Source of the DNA: the human T2T-CHM13v2.0 reference genome, Homo sapiens
NCBI RefSeq assembly: GCF_009914755.1
Contig: NC_060929.1
DNA length: 64,000 nt
Reading direction: 5' to 3' (one strand)
Position 1 is the stretch's first letter; each line of letters starts with the position of its first letter. Made by a program: the position numbers and the translations under genes. Shown here piece by piece: positions 45,726 through 60,214 of this stretch. The notes beneath the pieces are model-generated. The model made no database searches, was not told the origin of the DNA, and saw nothing but the letters and a program-made list of their open reading frames with translations.

Positions 45726-46491
45726 TGAGAGACAGGACTAGCTGGACTTCCTAGGCCGACTAAGAATTCCTAAGCCTAGCTGGGGAAGGTGACTGCACCG
45801 GCCTTTAAACACGGGGCTTGTAACTCAGCTCACACCCAACGAATCAGGTAGTAAAGAGGGCTCACTAAAATACAAATTAACACTAAAAGCAGGAGATAAA
45901 GAAATAGTCAAATCATATATATCACCTGAGAGCACGGGGGAGGGACAATGATTGGGATATAAACCCCAGGCATTCCAGCAGGGAGCGGCAACCCCTTTGG
46001 GTACCCTCCCATTGTATGGGAGCTCTGTTTTCACTCTATTAAATCTTGCAACTGCACACTCTTCTGGTCCGTGTTTGTTCTGGCTCAAGCTGAACTTTCG
46101 CTCACCATCCACCAGGGCTGAATGCCGATGTCGGAGACTCGCCACTGACTTCCAACCCTCCGGATCCGGCAGGGTGTCCACTGTGCTTCTGATCCAGTGA
46201 GGCGCCCATTGCCACTCCCGATCGGGCTAGAGGCTCGTCATTGTTCCTGCATGGCTAAGTGCCCAGGTTCATCCTAACCAGGCTGAACACTAGTCGCTAG
46301 GTTCCACGGTTCTCTTCCGTGACCCACGGCTTCTAAAAGCTGTAACACTCACCGCATGGCCCAAGGTTCCATTCCTTGGAATCTGTGAGGCCAAGAACCC
46401 CAGGTCAGAGAACAAAAGGCTTGCCGCCATCTTGGGAGCAGCCCGCCACCATCTTGGGAGCTCTAAGAACAAAGATCCACGCACGGTAACA
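45726..46491 (+). mobile_element. Solo LTR17 (HERV-W LTR)
   Basis: Begins TGAGAGACAGGACTAGCTGGA, ends GGTAACA; TATA-like GATATAAA near 45956; ATTAAA poly(A) signal near 46038; 4-bp TSD GTAC/GTAT. Confidence 0.92.
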
Positions 46492-46841
46492 GTATTGCAT
46501 AGACAGTCTCTCTCTGGGTTATGACCCTAGAAAATCAGAGGCCCCAAGTCTCTGCTCCTACCATCTTTGGCAGGAAAAATCCCTGAGATAAGTAATAAAC
46601 TTCTTAGTAAGAATTCAAAGGTTGCTAGGGAAACTTCCACCTAGATATTAATCCACACATTTCCTAGTATTTCCTTCCTCATCTGTTTTCTCACTGGAAC
46701 TGGTTCCCCACTCTCGTCCCCATCCTTTATACTTTAGCAGAAACAAAATCTCAAAGAGGCTGTGAGGCTGGAGGAAAGTGACCAGCAGCTCTGAAGTATA
46801 TTAAAACATGGGGGATGACTATAAAGTAATTATTTGTTTAA

Positions 46842-47062
46842 AGCAGGATTTCTCAACCTCGACAGTATTGATATTTGGGGGCAGACAATTCTTAGTTGTG
46901 GGGAAGTGTCCTGATTATTGTAGGATGTTTAGAACCACAACTTGGCTTCCATCCACGAGTGCCAGGAACAAGTCGTCCCCAGTTGAGATGATCAAAAACA
47001 TTTCCAGAAATTGCCAAACGTCCCCTGTGGGGCAAAATCCTCCCAAGTTGAGAACTATTGTT
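46842..47062. mobile_element. MER20 (hAT-Charlie) DNA element
   Basis: CAG..TTCTCAAC at the left end and GTTGAGAACTATTG at the right end form terminal inverted repeats; ~220 bp. Confidence 0.75.
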
Positions 47063-48274
47063 CTAAAGGAAGCTACCAACATGTATTCATTCAAATAAAA
47101 GTTTGCTTCAGCGTAATCACTTTGGCAATTACACATTTGTGTGAGTGATACAGTCATCAAAACAATTTTTGAGCTTTTCTTTAAAAATCAACTTGAGTTT
47201 TTCAGAATTTCATTTAAATGGTTTTAAAGGAGGAAAAATCTTTGCCTACTGCTTCTACACAACAAGTTCATAACTAATCAAAAGTTAAGGTTGGTTTAGA
47301 GGCAAATGGATCAAGTGGAGCTGTATTTTAATCAATGAAGTGGGAAAGAGTGGGGAATAGAGCTGGGTTTAATGAAAAAGTAATTTACTACGGACATTTT
47401 CAGCTTATGGTTTATAAAACAAGAACAATTCCAAAAACAACTTGGGAAATGTTTGGGGCTATGGCAATATTAGTGGAAAAGATATATAGTAGTCTGAAGT
47501 GAATATTTTTGAGGAAACACTCATTTAGATGTATATATTCCAGCAGAATAGTTTATCTGCTGGAATTGTCACTTATTATAACTCCAATTAAAAGGAAGCA
47601 AACCTAGAATGTGGAACAGCCTCAGTAAAAAATTATTTCAAATGACAAATTTTCAAATTTGCTAATTATAACACATACGCATGTGTGTATGCGGCAATAT
47701 ATACATACTATACACACACACATTACAGAAGCAAAAATACATGTCCATTCCACCTACTACACAGGATTTTGTGTTTTGTTTTGATGGCTCATGTATACTA
47801 ACCCACATTTCTCCTTGGTATTTTATGTATCACCCTCCATTCTCTTTTTGCCATTTCTCTCCATTGAATAGGTTGTTCACACTGCCTTGGAAGTAAAAGA
47901 GAACAGCAGAAAGCAAAGAAAGTTTTGTCTTAGCTTTTGGGTTACAAAAGCTTAGGCACTTAGCCATACAGAACACAGGGCAGAGACAAGAGGTGCCCAT
48001 GCCTCCTGGCACAGAAAAGCATCCTTCAGGCTTGAGGGAAGGAGAGTCTGAGGAAAGGAGTTAGTACAGATCCCAGAGAGAAAGGTAATAAGCCCTGAGG
48101 AAGTGCCAGGTAGGATAACAGGAGGCAAGAGCAGGAGAGGTCAGGCACTATTGCCTGGGCAGAGTTGGGACAAGTGGCCAATGGGACTTTAGGCAGCCAG
48201 TGAAAGTTTCTTTTGCTCCAGTCTGGTGCAAGTGCAGTACAAGGACATCTGAGCACCCCCAATAGGCATGGAAG

Positions 48275-48740
48275 TGGGAAAGGAAAATATCTTGGGCCCC
48301 CAAAGTCACTAAAGGGAAAAAGCAGCTGGGAACTGCTTAGGGCAAACCTGCCCCCAATTCTTTTCAAAGTTATCCTCTGCTCACTGAGATAAATGCATAC
48401 CTGATTGCCTCTTTTGAAAAGGTTAATCGGAAACTCAAAAGAATGCAAGCAACCCTTTGTCTCTCACCTACCTGTGACCTGGAAGCCCCCTCCCTGCTTC
48501 GAGTCTTCCTGCCTTTGCTTTGAGTTGTCCCGCGTTTCCACACCAAACCAATGTACTTCTTACATACATTGATTGATGTCTCATGTCTCCCTAAAATGTA
48601 TAAAACTAAGCTGTGCCCCGACCACCTTGGGCACATGTTGTCAGGACCTCCTGAGGCTGTGTCACAGATACGTGTCCTCAACTTTGGCAAATAAAGTTTC
48701 AAAATTAACTGAGAAACCTTTCAGATTTTCTGGGTTTACG
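48275..48740 (+). mobile_element. Solo MER4A-like ERV1 LTR
   Basis: MER4-group motifs (GGGCAAACCTGCC, CCCCGACCACCTTGGGCACATG, AATAAA); 4-bp TSD GAAG on both sides. Confidence 0.8.
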
Positions 48741-49668
48741 GAAGTATTGCAGAAGAGCCATAGAAAATGAAGAAGTCATAAAAGTAGAAACAACATACAT
48801 CTCTTCAGATCTGCAAGCACAAGTGGTCAAAGACGTGATGGGACCCTGGATATCTCAAAGGATGGCAATGTAGACAGAGAACATGGAGGATTAAAGGGCT
48901 CCTCCTCCCAATTACCTTGATACTACATAAGCTTTTTTAACTTGCTGAGGGTGGAGGGGAGGTGCTTAGAGATTAAAGTGGACTAAAATAGTTTTCTACC
49001 ACCTCAAGGAATAAAAGTTTGAAATAAAAATAAAGCTGTAAAAAAAATTATTTTCTTATATCAGGCCAAATAGACTTTAAGTCAAAAACTGTCACAAGAG
49101 ATAAGATCATTATATGGTGATAAAGGGGTCAATTCATCAAGAGAATATAACAATTATAAATACATATGTACCCAACATAGTAGCACCAAAAATAATGCAA
49201 AGATTAATAGATCTGAAAAGAGAGAGAGACTACAATACAATAATAGTAGGGGACTTTAATGTCCTACTTTCAACATTGCATAAATCATGAAGACATAAAA
49301 TAAATAAGGAAACATTGAACTTGAAGTACGCGTTAGACTAAATGAACTTAACAGACATGTGCTGAACGTTCTATCCAACAACAGCAAAATACACATTCTT
49401 CTTAAGTGTACACAGAACATTCTCCATGACAGATGATATATTGAGCCACAAAACAAGTTTTACCAAATTTAAGATGACTAAAATCATATCAAGCATCTTT
49501 TCTTGTCACAATGGTGTGAAACTACAAATCAATAACAGGAAGAAAACTGGAAAATTCACAAATACATGGAAAGTAAGCAACATGCACCTGAACAACTCAT
49601 GGTCAAAAAAGAAATCAAAAGGGAAATTTAAAAATATTGAGACAAATGAAAATGAAAATACAACTCAC

Positions 49669-49719
49669 CAAAACTTATGGGATGCCACAAAAGCAGTTCT
49701 AAGAGGGAAGTTTAAATGC
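49669..49719 (-). other. ELOVL7: Probable ELOVL7 5'UTR exon (51 nt) exonised from antisense L1
   Basis: Acceptor TTTTTTTCTTTTCTATTATAG| and donor TTG|GTGAGT; no ATG inside; lies in L1 ORF2-derived sequence. Confidence 0.7.
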
Positions 49720-50219
49720 CTATAATAGAAAAGAAAAAAAACTTCAAATAAATAATTAACATTACACTTCAAGAAACTAGAAAAAGAAAAACAAAGTCAG
49801 CAGAAGCAAGAAAACAATATAGATTAGAGTAGAAATAAAGGAAATAAAGACTAGAAAAACAATAAAAAGATCACCAAAACTAAGAGCTGGTTATCTAAAA
49901 AGTTCAACAAAACTGACAAACCTTTAGCTGCACAAAGGAAAAAAAAGAGTATTCATAAATAAAATTGGAAATGAAAGAAGAGACATTGCAACTGAGACCA
50001 CAGAAATGCAAAGGATCATAAGAACTACTGTGAAAAATGATACACCGACATATCCCAGAATAAATGGATACACTCCTAGAACATATAACCTTCCAGGATT
50101 AAATCATGAAGCGGGAGAAAATCTAAACAGACCAACAAGGGTAAGGAGATCAAGTCAGTAATCAAAAACCTCCCATAAAATAAAAGTCCAGGACCTGATA
50201 ACTTCACTGTTAAATTCTA

Positions 50220-50611
<392 letters not shown>

Positions 50612-51064
50612 TCATAAGGTCAGCATTACTCAGATACCAAAACCAGACAAGGACACTACAAAAAAAGAAAACTTCAGGTCAATACCCTTGATGAACATAC
50701 TGGCAAAAATCCTCAAGATAATACAAGCAAATCAAATTCAGTAGCACATAAAAAGGATCATTCACTATGATCAAGTGGGATTTATCCCTAGGATACAAGG
50801 ATGGTTCAACAAATGCAAATCAATAAATGTGATATACCACATTAATAAAATGGAAGACCAAAACCACATAATCATTCCAATCGATGCAAAAAGAGCATTT
50901 GACAAAATTCAGCATCCTTTTATAATAAAAACTCAATGAATTCAGTTTAGAAGAAACCTCAAAACAATGAAGGCCATATATAAAAAGCTAACATAATACT
51001 CAGCAGTAAAGAGTTGAAAGCTTTTCCTCTAAGATCAAGACAAGGATGCCCACTCTCACCACTT

Positions 51065-51231
51065 TTTTTGTTGTTTGTTTTAAAAAATAGAAATTTATTT
51101 CTCACAGTTCTAGAGGCTGGAAGTTCACGATCAAGGTGCCAGCAAGATAAGGCCTCATTCTGAAGTCTCTTCTCTTGGCTTGCAGGTAGCAACCATCTCA
51201 CTGCGTGTTTGAATGACCTCTTTGTTGTGCC
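51065..51231 (-). mobile_element. MLT1-type LTR fragment with A-rich tail and TSD (retrocopy)
   Basis: TSD CTCACCACTT at 51055-51064 and 51232-51241; AATAAA (51099-51094) followed by an A-rich tail. Confidence 0.7.
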
Positions 51232-51255
51232 CTCACCACTTCTATTCAACATAGT

Positions 51256-51783
<528 letters not shown>

Positions 51784-51902
51784 AGGATCTAGCCACAGCA
51801 ATTATGCAAAAAAGAAATAAAAAGGCATCCAAATCAGAAAGGAAGAAGTTAATGTGTCTCCTTGCAGCCAATAGGGTCTTACAACTAGAAAACCCTAAAG
51901 AG

Positions 51903-52204
51903 TACCAGGTGTGGTGGCTCACATCCGTAATCCCAGCACTTTGGGAGGCCAAGGCAAGGGGATCACTTGAGCCCAGGAGTTGAAGACCAGCATGGGCAAC
52001 AAAGTGAGCCTCCATCTCTACAAAAAAATTAAAAAATTAGCCAGGCATGGTGGCGCACACCTGTGGATTCAGCTATACAGGAGGCTAAGGCAGGACGATG
52101 GCTTGAGCCCGGGAGGTCAAGGCTGCAGTGAGTCATGATCGTGTCACTGCACTCCAGCCTGGGTGACAGAACAAGATCCTGTCTCAAAAAAAAAGAAAAA
52201 AAAA
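51903..52204 (+). mobile_element. AluJ
   Basis: Full dimer with A-tail. Confidence 0.92.
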
Positions 52205-52214
52205 TGAAGAAACT

Positions 52215-52544
52215 AGAACAAAGCGAGCAGAAGGAAGGATAAGCAGCTTGCTGAGTCTGTTCAGTCTTTCTTCCCTTGCAGGACGCTTACTCCATCTCCT
52301 CCTGCCCTTGAATGTCAGATTCCAGGCTCTTTGGCCTTTGGACTCTGGGAACTTGCACCAGTGGCCTCTCAGGGGCTCTCAGGCCTTTGGCCTCAGACTG
52401 AGGGCTGCACTGTTGGCTTCCCTAGTTTTGAGGCTTTTGAACTTGGACTGAGTGACACTACTAGCTTCTCTCTCTTTCTCCAGCTTGCAGATGGCCTATT
52501 GTTGAGACTTTGCCCTGTGAGCCAATTCTCCCTAATAAACTCTC

Positions 52545-52577
<33 letters not shown>

Positions 52578-52618
52578 TATATCCTATTGGTTCTGTCCCT
52601 CTGGAGGACTCTAATACA
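52215..52618 (+). mobile_element. MLT2 (ERVL) LTR 3' part with internal (TA)n(CA)n
   Basis: CAGCTTGCAGATGGCCTATTG...AATAAACTC...CCTATTGGTTCTGTCCCTCTGGAG..CTAATACA. Confidence 0.8.
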
Positions 52619-55600
52619 GACTTGTGAGTTTGTCAAGTGAGATTTGAAACCATTTACTTTAGGTATGGGATTGGGTCAGTACAATTTTTCTTTTATATCC
52701 CTTATGTCAGTGGTTCTTAAACCTGGTTGAAAATCAGAATCACCCAGGGAGAGATTTGGATTCAGTTAATGTTTGGGAAAATTCTGATGGGCCAGGTTTG
52801 AGAATCTTTTCTTAATGCTTCATAAATCATTCTCAGACATGACGACACCCATGACAACATGAGCAACAGGCATAAAATACGTGACAAAGGATTCAGTTAA
52901 AGAAGGTCACTCAGGAACGATAAGGCATCTGGGTCAAGAAGGGCAGGAATAGGAGGTGCAATCAATGCTGGAAAAGATTAATCTAGGATTTCAAAAGAAC
53001 TCACAAGAGATGTGAAATATGGGGACAGATCTTTGAATCAGCACATATATCCAGGATGTAAACTAACCTTTTATATCTGGGACGACTGCTTGAAGTTCCT
53101 AAGTATCTGTGAAAGAGAAAATCACTACTATATCTTATATCTTAGTAAATTACAGAAAATTAGACCATAAGCCTTGTCATTTAGGCAAACAAAATTGATG
53201 AAGAAATGTCAAAGATACTAAACACCTAACTTTCTATTTTTCAAATGGCAATGTTACAGAATCAGGGAAGATGCTTTCATTTGCAAGTAACAGAAAACTC
53301 ATAATGGCTTAACCAGTAAGGGGATGTGTTTTCTCATAGTATAAGAAGTCCAAAGATATGGCAGTTCTCCTGAGTTGGCAAAATTCTCTTTTGTCATTTT
53401 TACGGAAAAAGACAGTAGCAACCCTTCCAAATAGCACATTCTCATACACCTTTATTTAGAGCAGTGAAAGGGAACTTCTTTGTGTCTCTTTTTGGGAGCT
53501 TCAAAATCCTTCTCAATCCTCCTCCAGAGGCCCTTAAATGTCCCTTCCCAGAATTGCATCACATGCCAACATTTAAACCACGCACTGAAAACAGCAACAA
53601 CAACAACACTGGGACTGCAGTGATTCCTTGGTTAATCTACATTATATTTACCATTCCATCCCATCCCACAAGTCACAAGGGGAAGCACATGACCTCAGGG
53701 AGAAAGGAGAATCCCAGAATAAGGAAGAAGAGTGGGTAGCTCACATGGAAGAAGGAAGGTTGAGAGACAATGTTGGCTGTAGCCATGACACAGAGATTAC
53801 TCTGCAGTGTCATTTCAAGTATAAACTGAAGCTGACAGCCTGAGCCTATCCAAGTGATCTCTACCTTTCCTGCTGATAGGTGCTCAGGATAAACTAATCT
53901 TGATTTTCGTTTAAACAAAGCATGATTAATAAGTGAATATGTTAAGTATGCCTGATAAACATACTTTGCAACACCATATAAGACTTGTTAGTGAATTACA
54001 TACCTGCTATTTAGAAGTATCTTGTGCCATTGTCTCTCTGATACCCATAACACACTATAAACCTAAACACAGACAGCATAGGGTTGGGCTACTACTTGTA
54101 ATTGTTGTTATATCACTTCCATGAACTCATGTTGTTCTGATGGGTATACAACATATTTAAATAAAATAGATGTTTCCCATCCCCCAATAACAATGACATA
54201 ATAGAACATATTACCACATTTTCTATATGAATTAACTCAGGTCTGTCTTTCAATCAAGTTTAAGAGTAGTCATTTCCACGTCAAACAGAACCTCAAAACA
54301 AGTATTTTTACCATCCTTTCCACTCCCTACTACTCCATTATTTCATCTCAATTTTCACTTCCTCATTTTCCCTTCATAAAGGGATTAAGACTTAAATGCC
54401 TCTAGAAAAGATAATATATGTGCATGACCCACCAAAGTAATTCAGATTCCATTTCTGTTTGGCACAAGCTCTTCAGTATAATCATGACTCTTGAGTTTGA
54501 GCAGAGGCAAACAAACTAGATGTTCACTCACCAACCTCAACATGTTAACGTGACAACTTGTAAGAAATGAAGGAGTCCTAGAAGCCAATGATATAGCAAC
54601 AGGCCCCAGTAGAAAATACAATTCACGTAAAAACCTTAGCACGAGTGCTAAACATTGTGCTACTTAATTGCGCTTATTTTTACTCTTATTGATAATAGAG
54701 GGCCTCTGAATCTAAGCAGAGCAATCAGTATCCTTCTGGAGTCTCTGGTCCTAACTCATCATTCTATAATTGGAGAGACAGGGCAAACTTAGAAAAGAGT
54801 CAGAGAATCTTTAGGGGAAATAAAGGACCCACTGAAGTTGCCATCACGTATAAGCTCAGTGCTAGGCAGTGCGGAATGGGAGGATAAAGACAAGGGCCCT
54901 ACTCTCAGGCAGCCTCAACATGTGCAAAGAGTCTAGACTCTGGGATGAATAAATGTGAGTATTAAGAAAAGCATCTTAAAAACTGTACAGATGATAGTGA
55001 CCACTGGGACCAACTGGGAAGTCTCTCTATCAGAAGAAGTGATAAGTACCCCAAAGGCAGTTTAATTCTTGTTTGTAATTTAAGTGCTAGGACTTCAATA
55101 GTCCTAGTCTCGAATAGAACAAGTGCTTAAGAAATATCTGCTGAATGAATTTAAAGATGTTGTAAACTCAGAAAAATAAGGGAAAGCAAGAGGGACAGAC
55201 CAAATGCTCCATTTCTTAGGCCTTCTTCCCCACTTTTTTGAAACAAATACAAAATACTCCTCTCATTCATTTTCTCCTCAAACACAAATTAACTTTTAGG
55301 CATCTATTATTGTGCAAGAAAGTGCTAAGCAAGACACAATATTATTTTTAAAATATGGTTCCTAAATTCAAACAACTGAATCTGGCAGGTAAAAGGCACC
55401 TACTCAGATTTCTACAATGCGAAGCAGAATGCAGGGGCATGCAAACAGTTCACACAGACTGCAAAAGTCTTTAGGAATGAAGAGTCACATCTGTATCCAC
55501 ATGTGACCTAGAAGAAAGGCATAATGGAGGAAAGTGTACATGAGCTGAGCCCTGGGAATAAAATTTCAACAGGGCAAAAATGTGCACAGCTGAGAGAAAG

Positions 55601-56371
55601 GAGAGGCCTGCACTGCAAGTAGAGAAAATTCATTCGCTTATTCAACCAATATTCTGAAGTATATGTTATAGGCCAAACACTTTTTTAGGTGACAATGATA
55701 CAGTAGGAAACAAAACAAAAATCCTGGCTTCATGAGATTATGAAAAGTTGCAGATGTGTCTCCAAAATGTTTGTTACTACAACTTGGTAACATACAGGGC
55801 TAAGGATGGAAACAATAGGAAGATCAAGACAGGAAAGGTAGATTACAGTGGTGGCACCTGATTCTGGAGGAACCAAAGGCCAGCCAGGCTAAATAATTTT
55901 TTTAGAGTTAGTTCTGTTGACCATGAGGAGTCATTACAGGTTTCTCAACTGAGAAATGTCTTAATCAATGTGGTGCTTTGAAAAGATTGTCTGGGTGGTG
56001 GAATCCAGGGCTGGGTAACTAAGGGTGTGGTTTAAAAGCAGGGAGAGCAATTACACACTATTGCATCTATTGGGAAGGATCCAGCATAAGCCAGTATTGC
56101 ATCCTACTGGGAAGGATCCAGCATAAGCATCACTTCCTCTGAAATGTCATTCTTGATTCAGCCAGTCAGGGCTAGGTGTGCCACTAAGGTATCCTCAAAA
56201 GAATCTCTCATCTATGGGATCACTTCCTGTATATAGTATTGCAAATCTATTCTTATCTTTTCTACTCATGAAGAGGAAAGAGACTGAGCCTCATTATGTC
56301 CATATTCCCAGGGCCTAGACCAACGCCTGGCATGTAGCAGGAAACATGTGTGATATGAGTAAATATCCAAG

Positions 56372-56759
56372 TGTTATGGATTGAACTGTGTCTTCCCAAC
56401 ATTGTATGTTAAAGTCCTAACCTCCAGTTCTTCAGGATGTGACCTTATTTGGAGAAAGAGTCTTTCCAGAAGTCATCAAATTATAATGAGGTCATTAGGT
56501 GGTCCCTAATCCACTATGACTGGGGTCTTTATAAAAAGGGGAAATTTAGACACAGACATGCACACAGGAAGAGCACCCACCTATAAGCCAAGGGAGAGGC
56601 CTGAACAGATCCTTTCCTCAAAGCCCTCAGAGAGAACCAACCCTAACAACACTTGGATTTCAGATTTCTCATCTTCAGAACCATGAGGTAATAAATATCT
56701 GTTGCTTAAACTACCTAGTTTATGGCACTTTATTACAGCAGCTGTAGCAAACTAATACA
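56372..56759 (+). mobile_element. MLT1B/C-like solo LTR
   Basis: TGTTATGGATTGAACTGTGTC...CTAATACA termini; 5-bp TSD CCAAG/CCAAA. Confidence 0.8.
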
Positions 56760-57560
56760 CCAAAGTGAAGATGTTCACTCAACTTGAAGAAAAATCCAGA
56801 ATTGGAGCCCAGGATTAAAGCCAGGGTTACCTATAAAAAGAGGCAATCATTGTCATGGGAGCAGACTAAATCTCTGTGAGAAATAATATAGAAGGAGACA
56901 TGGCAAAGGGCAGCACTCAGGGGACACCCATGTTTAGGAATCAGGAAGAGCAGCTGAGACAAATTTAAAGAAGCAACAGCCAGAAAGGTGCAGAAGGAAG
57001 CTGCCTGGTAGGAGCTTCAAATACTGCAAAAAAAGAAAAAGAAATGATGAAAAAAAAAGAGTAACAGAAATTTATTGTCTCACAGTTCTGGATGCTAGAA
57101 GTCTAAAATCAAGTGTTGGTAGGGTTGGTTCTTTCTGAGGGCTGAAGGAACTGTTTGCGGTCTCTCTCCTTGGCTTGTGAACTGCCATCTTTATGTTCAC
57201 AGGGAGGCAGCCCCTCAGGGAACACCCATGCTGGGGAAATAGAAAGAGAATCCAGGGACAAACATAAAGAAGCAAGTCAGAGAGCTGCAGAAGGGAGCTT
57301 CTACTTTGGTATTGGTAGCAGCTGCAAATACAGAAAAAAGAAAAATAAATGGTCAAAAGAAAAACTGCCCACAGAATTTCACAGAGGCAACCAAATAAGG
57401 AAGGGCTACATACAAATGTTCTAAATTGCAAAACGCTGTGGCCCAGGAAAGGGTCGGGAGCAGAGTGGCATCTACAACACGGCAGGGTTCCTAACCCAAC
57501 ATGGCCTCTTCCCCCAGCTGCACTGGGGATGCAAAAGAGCCTGAGAAGCCTCACAAGTAA

Positions 57561-57874
57561 CCTCACATCGGAGGAGAAGCAAACAGACTAACAATCCTAA
57601 TTTTGTTTTTTTTTTCTCCAGGTGGTGAATGGTACAACAGGATTGATTCTGATTATGGAAACTCCATACACTGGTGAACAGATAAAAATGCCTTAAAGGG
57701 AATGGGATGCAACCTATGAGGTGGAATGAATCTTGCTATGAATATTGAACACTACAACTCAGGTTCCTGAATTCTTCTTTTTTTCACTTTCCATGTCCTT
57801 GGGCTACAGGAAAAAATGACTATAAACTGAAATTATCAGCCCTCAAACTATTGCTCAGTGAGAAAAAACAAACT
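57561..57874 (+). repeat. Copy A of a ~310-bp non-tandem direct duplication (copy B 60215-60520)
   Basis: Near-identical by eye, a few substitutions and small indels. Confidence 0.95.
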
Positions 57875-58159
57875 GGCTCAAAAACACTGAGGGAAAGAGA
57901 CAGCAAAGCACCCAAACTGTATCAGACCAAGTATGTGGTCTGACCAGAAGTGCCCTAATATTCATTTGATGAAAAAAAAAAAAATCACTAGAAAACTTTA
58001 CAAATAAACTGTGGGGGGAAAGAAACCAAAGCAAAAAGGACACAGCAGACAAAAAAGAACCCAGAATAACAAAAGGTAACTAAAGGAACAAAAGGAAATT
58101 CTCCAGGAGGGTTTTGAGTTAAAAACATGTATTCATAAAATGATAAAAGAATAAAATGG

Positions 58160-58529
<370 letters not shown>

Positions 58530-58899
58530 CTAAAAGATAAATCAGAAACAGCCAGAAACAGAGTATTCACAACCAAACAGTGATTTCTAGGTATAGAAGA
58601 AAACCTGAAGTGTTCAAATGAAAATGATAAAGGTTAAACTAATAGAAAAAAAAAAGAAGGGCAAAGATGATCCCATAAAAGGGTAATTGGTCTTTCTAAA
58701 GTACACGATTCAACAAAAGAAAAAGTAACATATTCAAATACATGACAAAAAATAATTTCCTACTGACTTTATAGACAGACTGAGAAAACAAGGTTGTAAG
58801 ATAATCTGATGCATAACAATCAATAGCAAGACAAATCCTGGTTAAATTGATGAACTCAAAGAATAAGAAAAAATTCTTATGCATCTATGCAGAAAAATC

Positions 58900-59600
58900 A
58901 AATTAAAGAAATCAAAGAAAACCTAAATAAATGGTAAGTGATACCATGTTCATGGTTTGGAAAACTTAATATTGTTAAGATATCAATTCTCTTAAATTGG
59001 TCAACACAATTCCTATTAAAATCCCATATACTTAGCATATGACCCAGCAATTTTACTCTTAATATTAACCCAAGACAAAGAAATACTTATATTCATTCCA
59101 AAACTTGTACATGAATGTTTATAGTGACTTTATTCATAGTCACCCAAAATAATAAACAACTGAAATTTTCTTTGACTAATAAATGGATAAACAAACAGTG
59201 GTATATCCATTCAATGAATTACTACTCAGCAATAAAAAGAAAAAGGCTGCTGATACAACATGGATGAATCTGAACTGTATTTCTGTTAAGTGAAATAAGC
59301 CAGACTCCAAAGAATACATACTATAAAATTCATCTATGAAATTCTGGAGAAAGCTAAACTATAAAGTTGGAGAACATGTCAGAAGTTGCTGGGGTTGGAG
59401 GATGGAGGGGAGTTCATTACAAAGTGCAGCACAAGACAATTCTGGAGGGTGATGGAAATGTTATGAGAACAAAATGGTTTTTTCTTTAAAAAATAATATT
59501 AAGAGACTGGTAAAATGTTGACAATTTTTGAGAATGGTTGATGATAGTACATGGGTGTTAATATCTACCTCTGTGTATGTCTGACAACTCTATTTTAAAA
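58900..59600 (+). mobile_element. Old L1M 3' fragment
   Basis: CATATGACCCAGCAATT...AAATGGATAAACAAA...CAACATGGATGAATC motifs. Confidence 0.65.
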
Positions 59601-60214
59601 TGTTTAAAAATGAAAGAAAGAAAAAGAATGTTAAGATGACAACTGGTATTGGTATGTCGAAGAATCTAAGGAAGAAAACTAGTTCTCCAGTGTTGAGTGA
59701 ATATGGATGAAGAAAAAACCTACTGAATTTTGAAACTAGCTAAATTTATAAACTTCTACAGTATAATACACAGTTGGGTGGCAGAAATCAAACCCAGGCC
59801 CCAAGGAGTGAGGAGGCATTGAAAGTAGCTAGTCTTGATAAATATAAATTCATCCCAGAGGAAGGTTTGAATGGAAGGACTTCTAGAGCTTGTCTAGCTG
59901 TGACGACTGAGGTTCTGAAGGATTTTCCAATAAAGAGTTGGACCCAACACTCAGCTCAACTGACTTCTGGGATCACTCCCTTTCTATGACCCAGTTACTC
60001 AAGATACTTATTTATAGGAGGAAGAAAGAAGATAGTAGAGTGAAGGACAGATTTATTTCAAGGACAAAAACATCTTGAATACATTTGTAAGGCCAAGAAA
60101 AGTTGGTGGAAGAGGAGAAGCTGAAATTGCATGAGTGTTTATGTATATGCCTAAGGCAAAAGCTTTGATTTCACAGGAAATCAGAAAAAAAGTAGGAAAA
60201 TAGAGAAACCATAG

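Noticed and set aside
57072-57566. 164-aa minus-strand ORF
   Set aside because: Runs across decayed repeat fragments (MLT1-like end) and has no recognisable domain
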